DNA of 64,000 nt from Candidatus Shapirobacteria bacterium GW2011_GWF2_37_20 (GCA_000989305.1 LBTB01000001.1:2104-66103), one strand, 5' to 3'. Shown: positions 1-9,746, counted from the stretch's first letter. Notes: generated by a model from the letters alone, not told the origin. Program-made: numbers and translations.

Positions 1-544
1 TGGTCCAAAAAGTGCAGCCCGGCTAGGGTTTTATTTGCTGGCAGTTCCGGATAATTTTACCGAAAAACTGGCAGATTCAATTGCTAATTTGAAAAAGAAA
101 ATTAAGATTTGCGAAACTTGTTTTGGAGTAGGAGAGGAGAAGGAGTGTGAAATTTGTCGTGATGATACCCGAAACCGAAAGTTGATTTGTGTGGTGGAGA
201 GGGCTGACGAGGTATTGGCAGTGGAAGCAGTAGGGGGTTTTAATGGTTTGTATCATGTTTTGGGTGGGGCGATTAATCCGCTGGACCATGTCGGACCCGA
301 TGATTTAAAAATTAATGAATTGTTGAATAGAGTTGAAGGAGACGGGATTGAAGAAATAATTTTGGCAACTAACCCGACAATTGAGGGTGAGGGAACGGCT
401 CTTTATATTAAGAAAAAATTAGAAGGAATTGATTATAAGGGAAAGGTGAGCCGAATTGGGAGTGGATTACCGATGGGGGCGGAATTGGGTTTTGCGGATT
501 CCGTGACCTTATCAAGGGCTTTTGAAGGACGAAGGGAGTTATAA
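1..544 (+). CDS. recR: Recombination mediator RecR (5' partial)
   Basis: Frame open from position 2 (GPKSAARLGFYLL), C4 zinc finger CETC..CEIC, Toprim motifs CVVE, YHVLGG, ATNPTIEGEGTA. Confidence 0.97.
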   Translation, partial: GPKSAARLGFYLLAVPDNFTEKLADSIANLKKKIKICETCFGVGEEKECEICRDDTRNRKLICVVERADEVLAVEAVGGFNGLYHVLGGAINPLDHVGPDDLKINELLNRVEGDGIEEIILATNPTIEGEGTALYIKKKLEGIDYKGKVSRIGSGLPMGAELGFADSVTLSRAFEGRREL

Positions 545-581
545 AATTACATTCTCAAATTGTTTATAATAAAAATTAATT

Positions 582-1073
582 ATGGCTGATAATAATATTC
601 CGGTAAAAATATTAAATGCAATACAAGAGGCGGGGACCGAGATGGCTGAGCAGGGAATAAAAACTACTGAACAGGCAATAAGTACTGTAATTACAGGACA
701 GGAATTGGTGGGTGATACAAAAGAAATGAGTGAAGGTGAAATGGCGAAGGCCAAAATGGAAGACGAGAGAAAAAAACAGGAAGAATTAGCAAAAATCCAA
801 AATATTCCCGGACGAAACGTGGAGTCGGAAATAAAAGAAGTGATTCAAGAAAAAGAGAGTGAAGAAGATAAGGAGCAAAAGGAATTTTTAGAAAAAATTA
901 GACTACAAAGAGAGGCTGAAGAGAGAGAAAGAAATGAAATGGTTGAGGAGCCTGAGAATGCCAAAAGAGAAGCGGCGAAAACCCAATTTGCTCCAGGAAA
1001 ACGGAAGAAACAACAACCTGACGCTACTCAGATGTCTCAAACCAGTGAGTTTAAGGGTGGTAAAATTGACTAG
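582..1073 (+). CDS. Hypothetical charged/coiled-coil protein
   Basis: 163-aa Glu/Lys-rich ORF filling the gap between recR and cysS. Confidence 0.75.
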   Translation: MADNNIPVKILNAIQEAGTEMAEQGIKTTEQAISTVITGQELVGDTKEMSEGEMAKAKMEDERKKQEELAKIQNIPGRNVESEIKEVIQEKESEEDKEQKEFLEKIRLQREAEERERNEMVEEPENAKREAAKTQFAPGKRKKQQPDATQMSQTSEFKGGKID

Positions 1074-1075
1074 AG

Positions 1076-2455
1076 ATGGATCAAAAAATTTATTTTTATA
1101 ATACAGCGACACGAAAGAAAGAAGAATTTAAGCCGATTGTTCCTGGAAAAATTGGAATATATTCATGTGGTCCAACTGTCTATTGGAATCAACATATTGG
1201 ACATATGTATGCCTATACTCAGTGGGGAACTATGGTGAATTTTTTGCGATATATTGGGTATGAAGTCAAATGGGTAATGAATGTGACTGATGTGGGACAT
1301 ATGACATCAGATGAGGATGCTGGTGAGGATAAGATGGAAAAAGGGGCGAAGAGAGAAGGAGTAACGGTGTGGGATATTGCTAAAAAATATGAAAAGCAAT
1401 TTATAGAAAGCTTGGATGTTTTTAATATTCAGAGACCTGACGTAATTTGTAGGGCGACTGAACATATTCCCGAACAGATTGAATTGGCTCAAAAAATTGA
1501 GAAAAACGGATTTGCCTATTTAACAAAAACTGGTTTGGTTTATGATACCGGTAAATTTGTTGATTATGCAAAATTTGCAAATTTAAAATTGGAGGAGATG
1601 GATAGTGGGGCGAGAGTGGAGGTAGATGAAGACAAAAAAAATCCTTGGGATTTTTTACTGTGGGTGACGAACCAACCAAAACATATTATGAAATGGTTAA
1701 GTCCCTGGGGTGAGGGATTTCCGGGTTGGCATATAGAATGTACGGCGATGTCGACAAAATATTTAGGAGAAACTTTTGACATTCATACTGGAGGAATCGA
1801 ACATATTGGGGTGCATCATACTAATGAAATTGCCCAAGGATACGGTGCTTTTGGTCATCAAACCGCCAACTATTGGATGCACAATGCTTGGCTGAGGCTA
1901 AAGGGTGGTGTGAAAATGAGTAAAAGTTTGGGAAATGGCTATACGGCGGATCAATTAAAAGAAATGGGATTTGATCCTTTGGCTCATAAACTATTAGTGC
2001 TCACTTCGCATTATCGAAAAGGCCTTGAATTTTCTCTGGATTCCTTGAAAGCGAGCCAAACTGCTTTATTAAAATTGAGAAGTTTGGTGGCAAATTGGCC
2101 AGATGGAGGGATTATTGATGAAAATTATAAACAAAATTTTGTTGAATTATTGTCTGATGATTTGCAGGTATCTGAGGCAATAGCCTTGGCATGGAAGTTG
2201 ACAAAGGACGAGAAAATAAGCTCAGAGAATAGAAAAGCAACTTTATTGGATTTTGACAAGGTTTTGGGATTAAATTTGAGCAAGAAAGTAATTGAAGAAG
2301 AGATACCTCGGGAAATTAAAGAGTTAGCGCAAAAAAGAGTAGAGGCTAAGGTTAATAAAAACTGGGAAGAATCAGATAAGTTGAGAGAAATAATTAAAGA
2401 AAAGGGGTATACATTGGAAGATGCTAAGGATGGTGTTAAAATACGTAAGATTTAA
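1076..2455 (+). CDS. cysS: Cysteine--tRNA ligase
   Basis: CGPTVY, HIGH, GFPGWHIEC, KMSKS motifs. Confidence 0.98.
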   Translation: MDQKIYFYNTATRKKEEFKPIVPGKIGIYSCGPTVYWNQHIGHMYAYTQWGTMVNFLRYIGYEVKWVMNVTDVGHMTSDEDAGEDKMEKGAKREGVTVWDIAKKYEKQFIESLDVFNIQRPDVICRATEHIPEQIELAQKIEKNGFAYLTKTGLVYDTGKFVDYAKFANLKLEEMDSGARVEVDEDKKNPWDFLLWVTNQPKHIMKWLSPWGEGFPGWHIECTAMSTKYLGETFDIHTGGIEHIGVHHTNEIAQGYGAFGHQTANYWMHNAWLRLKGGVKMSKSLGNGYTADQLKEMGFDPLAHKLLVLTSHYRKGLEFSLDSLKASQTALLKLRSLVANWPDGGIIDENYKQNFVELLSDDLQVSEAIALAWKLTKDEKISSENRKATLLDFDKVLGLNLSKKVIEEEIPREIKELAQKRVEAKVNKNWEESDKLREIIKEKGYTLEDAKDGVKIRKI

Positions 2456-2461
2456 ATAAAC

Positions 2462-2668
2462 ATGATTGCAAAAGAGGCCAAAGAAATAGTTTTAGGAATG
2501 GAGCTTTCTTCGGACGTGTTGAAAGAAGTTGAGGGTATTTTAAGTGTTTACGCAGAAAGCGACGAGGTTCCAGAAGAGGTGATAAATAACATACTATTGA
2601 TAGTGGACAAGGAAGTCGATGTGAACAAGTTGGTGGCGGATGATGATGAGATTAATAATGTGTTGTAA
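2462..2668 (+). CDS. Small acidic hypothetical protein
   Basis: 68-aa ORF starting 6 nt after cysS. Confidence 0.6.
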   Translation: MIAKEAKEIVLGMELSSDVLKEVEGILSVYAESDEVPEEVINNILLIVDKEVDVNKLVADDDEINNVL

Positions 2669-2699
2669 TATTATAATGTGTATGTTAAGCTAATCTTCG

Positions 2700-2996
2700 A
2701 TGAAAGAGAGTAATTATAAGTACGAGGTGATTGTGGCTTTAAACCCTAAAACCGAGTCAAAAGACAAAGAAAAAACAATTAAGTTGATTGAAGATAAAGT
2801 TACTTCGATGGCTTTTTCGATCAATAACCGGGAAAACCTGGGCAACAAAGAATTGGCTTACAAAATCAAAGGTTTGGAAAAAGGTGATTTCTGGGTGTTT
2901 ACTATTGGGGGAGATAAACCGATTAAATCGGCAGAATTTAAATTATTTTTAAACCGGGATTTACAGGTCATTCGATATTTAATATTAAAAATTTAA
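2700..2996 (+). CDS. rpsF: 30S ribosomal protein S6
   Basis: YEVIVALNP, G.KELAYKIK, VIRYLI; rpsF-ssb-rpsR synteny. Confidence 0.93.
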   Translation: MKESNYKYEVIVALNPKTESKDKEKTIKLIEDKVTSMAFSINNRENLGNKELAYKIKGLEKGDFWVFTIGGDKPIKSAEFKLFLNRDLQVIRYLILKI

Positions 2997-3011
2997 AGAG
3001 AGGGGATAAAA

Positions 3012-3530
3012 ATGCCAAGTAGATGTCTTAATCAAGTAATGTTAATAGGAAATTTAACTCGAGATCCAGAGCTTCGATACACTCCGGCCGGAATGGCAGT
3101 GGTGTCTTTTGGCTTGGCGACTAATCGGGTTTGGATTACCAAACAAGGCGAAAAGAAGGAAGACGCTCAGTTTCACCGAATCGTGGCTTGGAATAAACTA
3201 GCCGAACTTTGTTCACAGTTGCTATCAAAAGGCCGCCGGGTTTATGTTGAAGGAAGAATTCAGTATCGGGAAATTACCGATGCCGCTAATCTGAGAAAAC
3301 AGGTTTCGGAAATCGTGATTGAAGATATGATTGTATTAGACAACAAGGGTGTTGGAATGGCGACCACTGCCACTAGAGAGAACGCCGTGGGAACGGTGGC
3401 TGAAGAAGAGATTGATTTAAACAATGGAGCGATTGAAGACATAGTTATTCCCGACGATATTGCGACAGCTGAGGTAGCACCTGAAGTGCCAGTTGAAGAA
3501 AAAGCAGGGGAAGATGTGGTTTCAATATAA
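3012..3530 (+). CDS. ssb: Single-stranded DNA-binding protein
   Basis: LNQVMLIGNLTRDPELRYT, KGRRVYVEGRI OB-fold, acidic tail. Confidence 0.97.
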   Translation: MPSRCLNQVMLIGNLTRDPELRYTPAGMAVVSFGLATNRVWITKQGEKKEDAQFHRIVAWNKLAELCSQLLSKGRRVYVEGRIQYREITDAANLRKQVSEIVIEDMIVLDNKGVGMATTATRENAVGTVAEEEIDLNNGAIEDIVIPDDIATAEVAPEVPVEEKAGEDVVSI

Positions 3531-3535
3531 ATAAT

Positions 3536-3793
3536 ATGAAAAAAAGTAATAAAAAAGATCGTAACCGTTTAATTAGACTAAAAGGTCGGGGAAAGGATTG
3601 TGCCTTTTGTAAGGCAAAAAATGTACCCGCTTGGCGTGATTATGAAAAGCTTAGGGAATTTTTGTCTCCAAGATGCCGGATTTTATCAGCCCAAACGACC
3701 GGAGTCTGTATGAAACATCAAAGAAAATTATCTCAGGTCATTAAAGAAGCCAGAGAATTGGCTTTGTTGCCTTATACCGCTTCGGAAGAGTAA
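3536..3793 (+). CDS. rpsR: 30S ribosomal protein S18
   Basis: CAFC, TGVCMKHQR, IKEARELALLPY. Confidence 0.95.
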   Translation: MKKSNKKDRNRLIRLKGRGKDCAFCKAKNVPAWRDYEKLREFLSPRCRILSAQTTGVCMKHQRKLSQVIKEARELALLPYTASEE

Positions 3794-3804
3794 AATAGGG
3801 TTAG

Positions 3805-4029
3805 ATGCTTAAAGGAAAACTGTGGTCCCAAATAGTGGAGAACTTGAGAGATCTTAACTTTGAAGCTAGGGATAAAACTGTTAGGGTTAAAAAACTAAAT
3901 GAAAGTATTTTGACAAAGGCGGAAGTGATTGAAGTCAGAGAAATAATTTGCTTGGAAGATGAAAGTAATCGTGAAAGTGGAATAATAATAAAGAAAGTAG
4001 ACAAAGACGAGTGGAAAAAGTTAAGGTAG
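3805..4029 (+). CDS. Hypothetical protein
   Basis: 74-aa ORF tightly packed between rpsR and the S41 protease. Confidence 0.55.
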   Translation: MLKGKLWSQIVENLRDLNFEARDKTVRVKKLNESILTKAEVIEVREIICLEDESNRESGIIIKKVDKDEWKKLR

Positions 4030-4038
4030 AATAGAAAC

Positions 4039-5259
4039 ATGCAAAGACAGATTAGAAATATATTTTTAGTTTTAGCTTTTTTGTCACTGATCGTTTTGGT
4101 AAGTTTTAAGGCGGGAAAATCGGTTGGATTAAAGGCGGCTGGTGGCTTAGATAGTTCCGAAGTTTTGGACTTATCTTTAATGTGGAAGGTAAAGGATAAG
4201 CTGGAACAAAGTTTTTTGGATAAGGACAAGATGGACGACAAGGAAATGACCTATGGGGCGATTTCGGGGATGGTGGCGGCCCTAAATGATCCATATACGG
4301 TTTTTTTGGCGCCAAAGGAAAATAAGAGTTCTAATGATGATTTGGCGGGAGAATTTGGAGGAGTAGGAATTCAACTAGGGTATAAGGATAAAAACTTAGC
4401 GGTGGTGGCGCCACTGGCGAAAACTCCGGCCGACAGAGCAGGAGTGAGGGCGGGGGATTTGATTTTAAAGATAATTGATAAAGAGAAAAATATTGATAAG
4501 AATACGGCCGGAATCAGTTTAGAAGAGGCGGTGAATTTAATTAGGGGAAAAGTGGGGACTGAGGTAACATTAAAATTTTTTAGAGAGGGAGAGAAGGATA
4601 CTTTTGAGAAAACTTTAGTGAGAGACAATATTATAGTACCGAGTATGGAGACGGAGTGGGTTAAAAAGGGGACAAAGACAATTGTCTGGATAAAATTGTA
4701 CAAATTTAGTGAACAGATATATAAAGATTGGCCTGAGGCAGTGGAAAATATAATTACTGAAAAAAGTAAGCTGGGGAGTAATTATGGAGGGATAATACTT
4801 GATTTGAGAAATAATCCCGGAGGTTATTTACAGGCGAGTGTGTTGGTGGCTTCTGATTTTTTGAAAGAGGGAGTGGTGGTGACTCAAAGGTCAAGTGACG
4901 GTAAGGATGAAGTCTATAAAGTTGACACGAGCCGGGGAAATTTGTTAAACGATAAACTAGTGGTATTGATAAATGAAGGGTCGGCGTCGGCGTCAGAGAT
5001 ATTGGCCGGAGCCTTGAAAGATTATACTCGGGCAACGATTGTAGGGGTAAAATCTTTTGGAAAAGGTACAGTACAACAACCACAGGATTTTGCGGATGGA
5101 TCTGGATTACATATCACTATTGCCAAGTGGTTATTACCGAACGGAAAAAATATTCACGGAGAAGGAGTCGATCCGGACGTGGAAGAAAAGTGGAATTTAG
5201 AAAATGAAGACAAACAAGATAATCAATTGGATAAAGCTGTAGAAGTTTTATTAAAATGA
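4039..5259 (+). CDS. ctpA: Carboxyl-terminal processing protease, S41 family (PDZ + peptidase)
   Basis: N-terminal TM, LNDPYT, FGGVGI PDZ, DLRNNPGG, SASASEI, SFGKGTVQ. Confidence 0.95.
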   Translation: MQRQIRNIFLVLAFLSLIVLVSFKAGKSVGLKAAGGLDSSEVLDLSLMWKVKDKLEQSFLDKDKMDDKEMTYGAISGMVAALNDPYTVFLAPKENKSSNDDLAGEFGGVGIQLGYKDKNLAVVAPLAKTPADRAGVRAGDLILKIIDKEKNIDKNTAGISLEEAVNLIRGKVGTEVTLKFFREGEKDTFEKTLVRDNIIVPSMETEWVKKGTKTIVWIKLYKFSEQIYKDWPEAVENIITEKSKLGSNYGGIILDLRNNPGGYLQASVLVASDFLKEGVVVTQRSSDGKDEVYKVDTSRGNLLNDKLVVLINEGSASASEILAGALKDYTRATIVGVKSFGKGTVQQPQDFADGSGLHITIAKWLLPNGKNIHGEGVDPDVEEKWNLENEDKQDNQLDKAVEVLLK

Positions 5260-6344
5260 AAAAAATCTATAAAACAGGTTTTTTGGTGATAATTATCGGG
5301 GTTATCTTTTTGCTGGGAATAGAGATAGGTAAAAATTTAACCGCAAGTAGGGAAAAAATAGTGGTAACTGACGAAGAATCGGTGGTAACAGCGGTGGTAG
5401 AAAAGGCGACCCCAAGTGTGGTGACGGTTTCGATGATGAAAACTCAGGCCATATTTAATCCGTTTGCAAACTTATTTGATAATTTAGACGTAGCTTCGAC
5501 AAAAAATATTGAGCAGGATATTGGGACGGGATTCATTATCAGTAGTGATGGTCTGATAGTAACTAATAAGCATGTAGTGGCAGATACAGGAGCTAAGTAC
5601 AAAGTAATTATTGGTAAGGATGAAGAAGCGGAAATAGTTAATATTTATAGAGATCCGGTAAACGATTTAGCGATTCTTAAGGTGAATAAAACAGGTCTGA
5701 TTCCAGTGGAACTGGGGGATTCAGATAAAGTTAAGGTTGGGCAAACAGTGATTGCGATTGGAACGGCTTTAGGGGAATTTAGATCGACAGTGACCAAAGG
5801 AGTGATTTCAGGTTTAGGGCGGGGTATTGTGGCCGGAAGTGGTCTTTTGGGGATGGAAAAATTAGACAATATAATTCAAACTGACGCGGCGATTAACCCG
5901 GGTAACTCGGGTGGGCCACTTTTTGATTCACAAGGAAGAGTAATCGGAGTGAATGTGGCAGTGTCACAGTCAGGTCAGAGCATTGGGTTTGCCTTGCCTA
6001 TCAATATAGTGAAAGAGTCGATTGATGTTTTTGGTAGTACGGGAGAGTTTGAAAGGCCATACCTGGGAATAATTTATGCCACGATCACTAGAGAATCGGC
6101 ATTATTGAATAAGGTGCCGGCCGGAGCTTATGTCCAAAACGTGATTGTTGGGAGTCCGGCCGATAAGGCAGGAATAAAGACGGGAGATATAGTAGTGGAA
6201 ATTGATGGAAATAAAATAACGGAGAAGGAGATAGTTTTGGCTACTTATGTAAATAAAAAGAAAATAGGGGATAGTGTGGTTTTAAAGATTTGGAGAGATA
6301 AAAAAGAATTGGAATTTACGGTTGTTTTGGAGAAGAAAGGTTAG
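5256..6344 (+). CDS. htrA: HtrA/DegP-family serine protease with PDZ domain
   Basis: GTGFII, TNKHVV, DLAILK, QTDAAINPGNSGGPL, C-terminal PDZ. Confidence 0.95.
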   Translation: MKKIYKTGFLVIIIGVIFLLGIEIGKNLTASREKIVVTDEESVVTAVVEKATPSVVTVSMMKTQAIFNPFANLFDNLDVASTKNIEQDIGTGFIISSDGLIVTNKHVVADTGAKYKVIIGKDEEAEIVNIYRDPVNDLAILKVNKTGLIPVELGDSDKVKVGQTVIAIGTALGEFRSTVTKGVISGLGRGIVAGSGLLGMEKLDNIIQTDAAINPGNSGGPLFDSQGRVIGVNVAVSQSGQSIGFALPINIVKESIDVFGSTGEFERPYLGIIYATITRESALLNKVPAGAYVQNVIVGSPADKAGIKTGDIVVEIDGNKITEKEIVLATYVNKKKIGDSVVLKIWRDKKELEFTVVLEKKG

Positions 6345-6636
6345 ATTTTGAGTTATCAAAGACAGCTCCGTTGGTTATACGAATGATAGCGGAGTGTTGA
6401 AGCTGTTCACTGAGACTAACAGAGCGTTTACTGGTGACAAAGAGTCTAAGTGGTCCAGGATTAGTTTTGATATATTCTTTGGCGATTTCTAAAATATGTT
6501 TTCTGGCTTTTGGACAGGCAATTTCGTCAGGATTTGCCGATACTCCACAAAGACTGTCTCCGCCGGGATTATTGCAAAGTTGGAAGTCAATTTGGCAAAT
6601 AGTCTTTCTGATAATTTTCTCTTTGTAACCAGGCAT
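6316..6636 (-). CDS. Hypothetical protein (4 Cys)
   Basis: 106-aa ORF with TATAAT upstream; no recognised domain. Confidence 0.5.
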   Translation of the reverse strand: MPGYKEKIIRKTICQIDFQLCNNPGGDSLCGVSANPDEIACPKARKHILEIAKEYIKTNPGPLRLFVTSKRSVSLSEQLQHSAIIRITNGAVFDNSKSNLSSPKQP

Positions 6637-6653
6637 AATCTGTGTTGATTATA

Positions 6654-7043
6654 TCAAAGTATGTCAGTTAGAGAATTCGCCTGACGGTAAAATTTACTAA
6701 AATCAAAGTAATTTTTTAATTGTTGGCTGAAACTATGATTAATTTCAACGAAAGGATGGGGACAAATTAAATTGTTTGCGTGTTGAATAACGATTCCAAG
6801 ACGATAAGTCTTAGGCTGGCGCTGATCAACTATTTGCAACTGTTTTTTCCATTGAGAATAAAATTTTTCTTGATCTTCGGGAGTAATAGAGCAAATTTTT
6901 TCAGAAAAACAGGTGAGGAGGCGATTTTGGTAAGTTTTTATAATTTCGGGTGTATATTGTCTGCGAGTAAGGATTGGACCATGGATACTATAGTCTTTTG
7001 GCTTAACCTTTGGTGTATTTTCTGGCATTTTGGATTCTATCAC
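6654..7043 (-). CDS. Hypothetical protein
   Basis: 129-aa ORF, start overlaps the release-factor stop. Confidence 0.55.
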   Translation of the reverse strand: MIESKMPENTPKVKPKDYSIHGPILTRRQYTPEIIKTYQNRLLTCFSEKICSITPEDQEKFYSQWKKQLQIVDQRQPKTYRLGIVIQHANNLICPHPFVEINHSFSQQLKNYFDFSKFYRQANSLTDIL

Positions 7044-7756
7044 TTTTGTTCAGCTTCGTCGAGGACGGTGAGTTCAAGGAGAAGGTCGGTTAGATCTCCA
7101 TTGAGACACTTGGTCAGATTAAAATCTTTATCGATACGATGGTCTTTAATTTGGTTTCTGGGATAATTGTAGGAGCGGATTTTGTCGGCGCGCATGGCCA
7201 GACCAACTTTATCTCGGGTGGTGCCCAGTTGAGAAATTTTTTTATCTTCTTCCATTTGCCATAATTTGGCACGAAGTAGATCCATGGCTATGGCTCGATT
7301 TTGTTCCTGGGAGCGTTCCTGACGGACGGAGAAGGTAAGTCCAGTGGGCTTATGAAGAATTCGGACAGCGGTGGAAACTTTGTTAACATTTTGACCGCCA
7401 TTACCTCCAGCTCTGGAAGCAGTCATGTCAACGTCGTCTGGGTTTAAGACGATATCATGAGAGGTTACCTGGGGATAGACAGCGACAGCGGCGGTAGAGG
7501 TTTGAATTCGACCACGTTTTTCAGTGAGAGGGATGCGTTGGACACGATGGGTGCCGGTTTCCCATTTTAGTTGATTATAAGCGTCAAGACCGGAGATTTT
7601 GAGGATGTCGTTATCAATATAGTTGACTTTCCAGCCGACTTTTTCAGCATAACGAATATACATGCGCATTAGGTCCTCGAGCCAAAGGCTAGCTTCAGTG
7701 CCACCCGGACCAATACGGAATTCGAGAATGGCAATATTTGAGTTTGAAATAGGCAT
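7040..7756 (-). CDS. prfA: Peptide chain release factor 1, lacking N-terminal domain 1
   Basis: [15 protein letters not shown] (PxT), [10 protein letters not shown] (GGQ), IRSYNYP; follows rpmE. Confidence 0.9.
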   Translation of the reverse strand: MPISNSNIAILEFRIGPGGTEASLWLEDLMRMYIRYAEKVGWKVNYIDNDILKISGLDAYNQLKWETGTHRVQRIPLTEKRGRIQTSTAAVAVYPQVTSHDIVLNPDDVDMTASRAGGNGGQNVNKVSTAVRILHKPTGLTFSVRQERSQEQNRAIAMDLLRAKLWQMEEDKKISQLGTTRDKVGLAMRADKIRSYNYPRNQIKDHRIDKDFNLTKCLNGDLTDLLLELTVLDEAEQK

Positions 7757-7770
7757 ATGTTATTTTAACA

Positions 7771-7812
7771 AAAAATCCGCCTTAATTTAGGTAATAAATT
7801 AGTAGCGGATTT
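7771..7812 (-). terminator. Rho-independent terminator after rpmE
   Basis: Minus strand AAATCCGC...GCGGATTT followed by T run. Confidence 0.6.
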
Positions 7813-7818
7813 AAGTAT

Positions 7819-8085
7819 CTAATTTGATTTTTTTTCTTTGACTTTTTTAGCGACTTTAGCTTCTTTTTTGGCTTTGTAGGCAACACCTTGAGCTTGTTTT
7901 TCTTTGAATTTATCAATTCTTCCTTTAATGTCGACAAATTTTTGTTGACCGGTAAAGAAAGGATGGCATTTACTACAAATTTCAACTTCGATTTTTTCGA
8001 GAGTAGAGCCGGTAGTAAACTTATTGCCACAGGCGCAAGTAACTAGACAGTCGTCATGATAGACAGGATGGATAGCTGGTTTCAT
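7819..8085 (-). CDS. rpmE: 50S ribosomal protein L31
   Basis: [30 protein letters not shown]. Confidence 0.97.
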   Translation of the reverse strand: MKPAIHPVYHDDCLVTCACGNKFTTGSTLEKIEVEICSKCHPFFTGQQKFVDIKGRIDKFKEKQAQGVAYKAKKEAKVAKKVKEKKSN

Positions 8086-8090
8086 AGGGT

Positions 8091-9332
8091 CTATTTTAAC
8101 ATAGATTTGACGATTTCGTTCTGGGTAAGAGTCTTTTGTTCACCGGTGGTCATATCTTTTAAAGTGACTACTTTGTTGATGGCCTCATCACTGCCAATAA
8201 GAGCGACAAAGGGAATATTCTTAATGGAGGCATATTTAAATTGTTTTCCAATTTTGTCGGCGTCGGGATAAAAAATGGTGGCAATATTATTTTGGCGGAG
8301 AAGGGAAGTGAGCTCTAGGGACTCTTTTTCCGTTTCTGGCCCAAAATTACCAACCATAATTTTAACCTTAGTTTTGGCTAATTTTGGTAATAAGTTGAGC
8401 TCAATAATACAATCAACGATACGATCCAGACCGAGAGTAGTGCCAACGGCAGGAATGTCGGGACCACCTAAAGTTTTTATTAAAGTATCGTAGCGACCGC
8501 CACCGGTAATGGAACCAATCTTTGGTTCTTCGACGTAAGTTTCAAAGATTGTGCCGGTGTAATAATCAAGACCGCGAACCATGGTGGGGTCAAAGGCGTA
8601 ACACCAGTCCGGAAGATTAAAAGATTTAATAGCGGTGAAGACGGCGGCTAAATTTTTATCTGGTTTAGCTACTTTGACATATTTAAACAGGGAATCAATT
8701 TGAAGCTGAGAAAAATCCTTTTCTTTGAGCTCTTTTCTTACTCCATCTTCACCTATTTTCTGGAATTTATCGAGGCTTTGAAGAGTCGAATTTTGATTGT
8801 TGGTGATGCCACTTTGGAGTAAAATATTTTTTAAAACAGTGCGGCTATTTATCCGGATTGAAAACTTTTTAAAATCTAATTTTTTAAGAGCAGTATAAAT
8901 AACGGCGATAATTTCGGCGTCAGCAACGGGGGAACTGGTGCCAAAAGTGTCAATGTCGCACTGAAGAATTTCCCGATAACGGCCCTTTTGAGTATTGTCG
9001 GCGCGCCAGACATTTTGAAGTTGATAGCGCTTAAAGGGGATGGGAATTTCCGGATACATAGCTAAAACTTTTGCTGTTGGTACGGTTAAATCGTAACGAA
9101 GACCGACGCGGCGACCACCCTTGTCGTCGAACATGTAAACAAGTTTTTCGCCCTCGTCTCCGTATTTGCCCATAAGGGTGGAGGCGTATTCTAGAGTGGG
9201 GGTTTCTAAGGGTTCGAAACCAAAATTTTCAAAAGTTTCAATAAAGAGATTTTTGACATAGTTGCGAACGGTCATGGTCTCGGGCAAAAAATCCCGAAAA
9301 CCTTTTAATGTTTGTGGTTTATTATTGTTCAT
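8091..9332 (-). CDS. hisS: Histidine--tRNA ligase
   Basis: [37 protein letters not shown]. Confidence 0.98.
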   Translation of the reverse strand: MNNNKPQTLKGFRDFLPETMTVRNYVKNLFIETFENFGFEPLETPTLEYASTLMGKYGDEGEKLVYMFDDKGGRRVGLRYDLTVPTAKVLAMYPEIPIPFKRYQLQNVWRADNTQKGRYREILQCDIDTFGTSSPVADAEIIAVIYTALKKLDFKKFSIRINSRTVLKNILLQSGITNNQNSTLQSLDKFQKIGEDGVRKELKEKDFSQLQIDSLFKYVKVAKPDKNLAAVFTAIKSFNLPDWCYAFDPTMVRGLDYYTGTIFETYVEEPKIGSITGGGRYDTLIKTLGGPDIPAVGTTLGLDRIVDCIIELNLLPKLAKTKVKIMVGNFGPETEKESLELTSLLRQNNIATIFYPDADKIGKQFKYASIKNIPFVALIGSDEAINKVVTLKDMTTGEQKTLTQNEIVKSMLK

Positions 9333-9423
9333 AGTTTGATTTTAACATTGTAATGATTAAGTGATTTTTTGAGGTCTTGTTTTTCGGGAAAAATTTTTTT
9401 TACTAATGTTTAAAATTTTACCT

Positions 9424-9450
9424 AAAAAAACCCCGATTTTACGGGGATTT
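9424..9450 (-). terminator. Attenuator terminator between leader 2 and hisS
   Basis: Minus strand AAATCCCCG-TAAAAT-CGGGGTTTTTTT. Confidence 0.8.
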
Positions 9451-9473
9451 TAAGATTCTAATAAAAAGTTTTT

Positions 9474-9551
9474 TTAGGCCAAGACAACACCCCGCTGGTT
9501 GGTGACCACGGTATGGGTGTGATGAGTAAGATTAAATTTTAAATAGATCAT
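9474..9551 (-). CDS. Putative His-responsive leader peptide 2 (MIYLKFNLTHHTHTVVTNQRGVVLA)
   Basis: 25-aa ORF read by hand, CAT CAC ACC CAT, upstream of a terminator and hisS; ATG shares the terminal A of the tRNA-His CCA. Confidence 0.65.
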   Translation of the reverse strand: MIYLKFNLTHHTHTVVTNQRGVVLA

Positions 9552-9628
9552 GGGGTGGTATGCCGGACTTGAACCGGTAACCTCAGCTTTCACAGAGCTG
9601 CGCTCTAACCAATTGAGCTAATACCACC
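9551..9628 (-). tRNA. tRNA-His (GUG)
   Basis: Acceptor GTGGTAT/ATACCAC with G-1 and C73, anticodon arm CAGCT-CT-GTG-AA-AGCTG, GTTCAAGT T-loop, encoded CCA. Confidence 0.97.
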
Positions 9629-9632
9629 ATAT

Positions 9633-9704
9633 AAAAGAAAAAAACCGCCCTCTTGGCGGTTCTGGTTAATTGATATAGCAATTACCGCCAATTACTTGGA
9701 GGTA
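9633..9704 (-). promoter_or_regulatory. Transcription attenuator (protector/antiterminator/terminator) in front of tRNA-His
   Basis: Segment 1 TACCTCCAA, segment 2 TTGGCGGTA, segment 3 ACCGCCAA, segment 4 GGCGGTT plus T run; segments 2:3 are a perfect 8-bp match. Confidence 0.85.
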
Positions 9705-9739
9705 TGGTGATGGTTTGAAATCACTTTTGCAAATATCAT
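9692..9739 (-). CDS. Putative His-responsive leader peptide 1 (MIFAKVISNHHHTSK)
   Basis: 15-aa ORF with CAT CAC CAT adjoining attenuator segment 1; starts 7 nt after the -10 box. Confidence 0.8.
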   Translation of the reverse strand: MIFAKVISNHHHTSK

Positions 9740-9746
9740 TGAAGAT

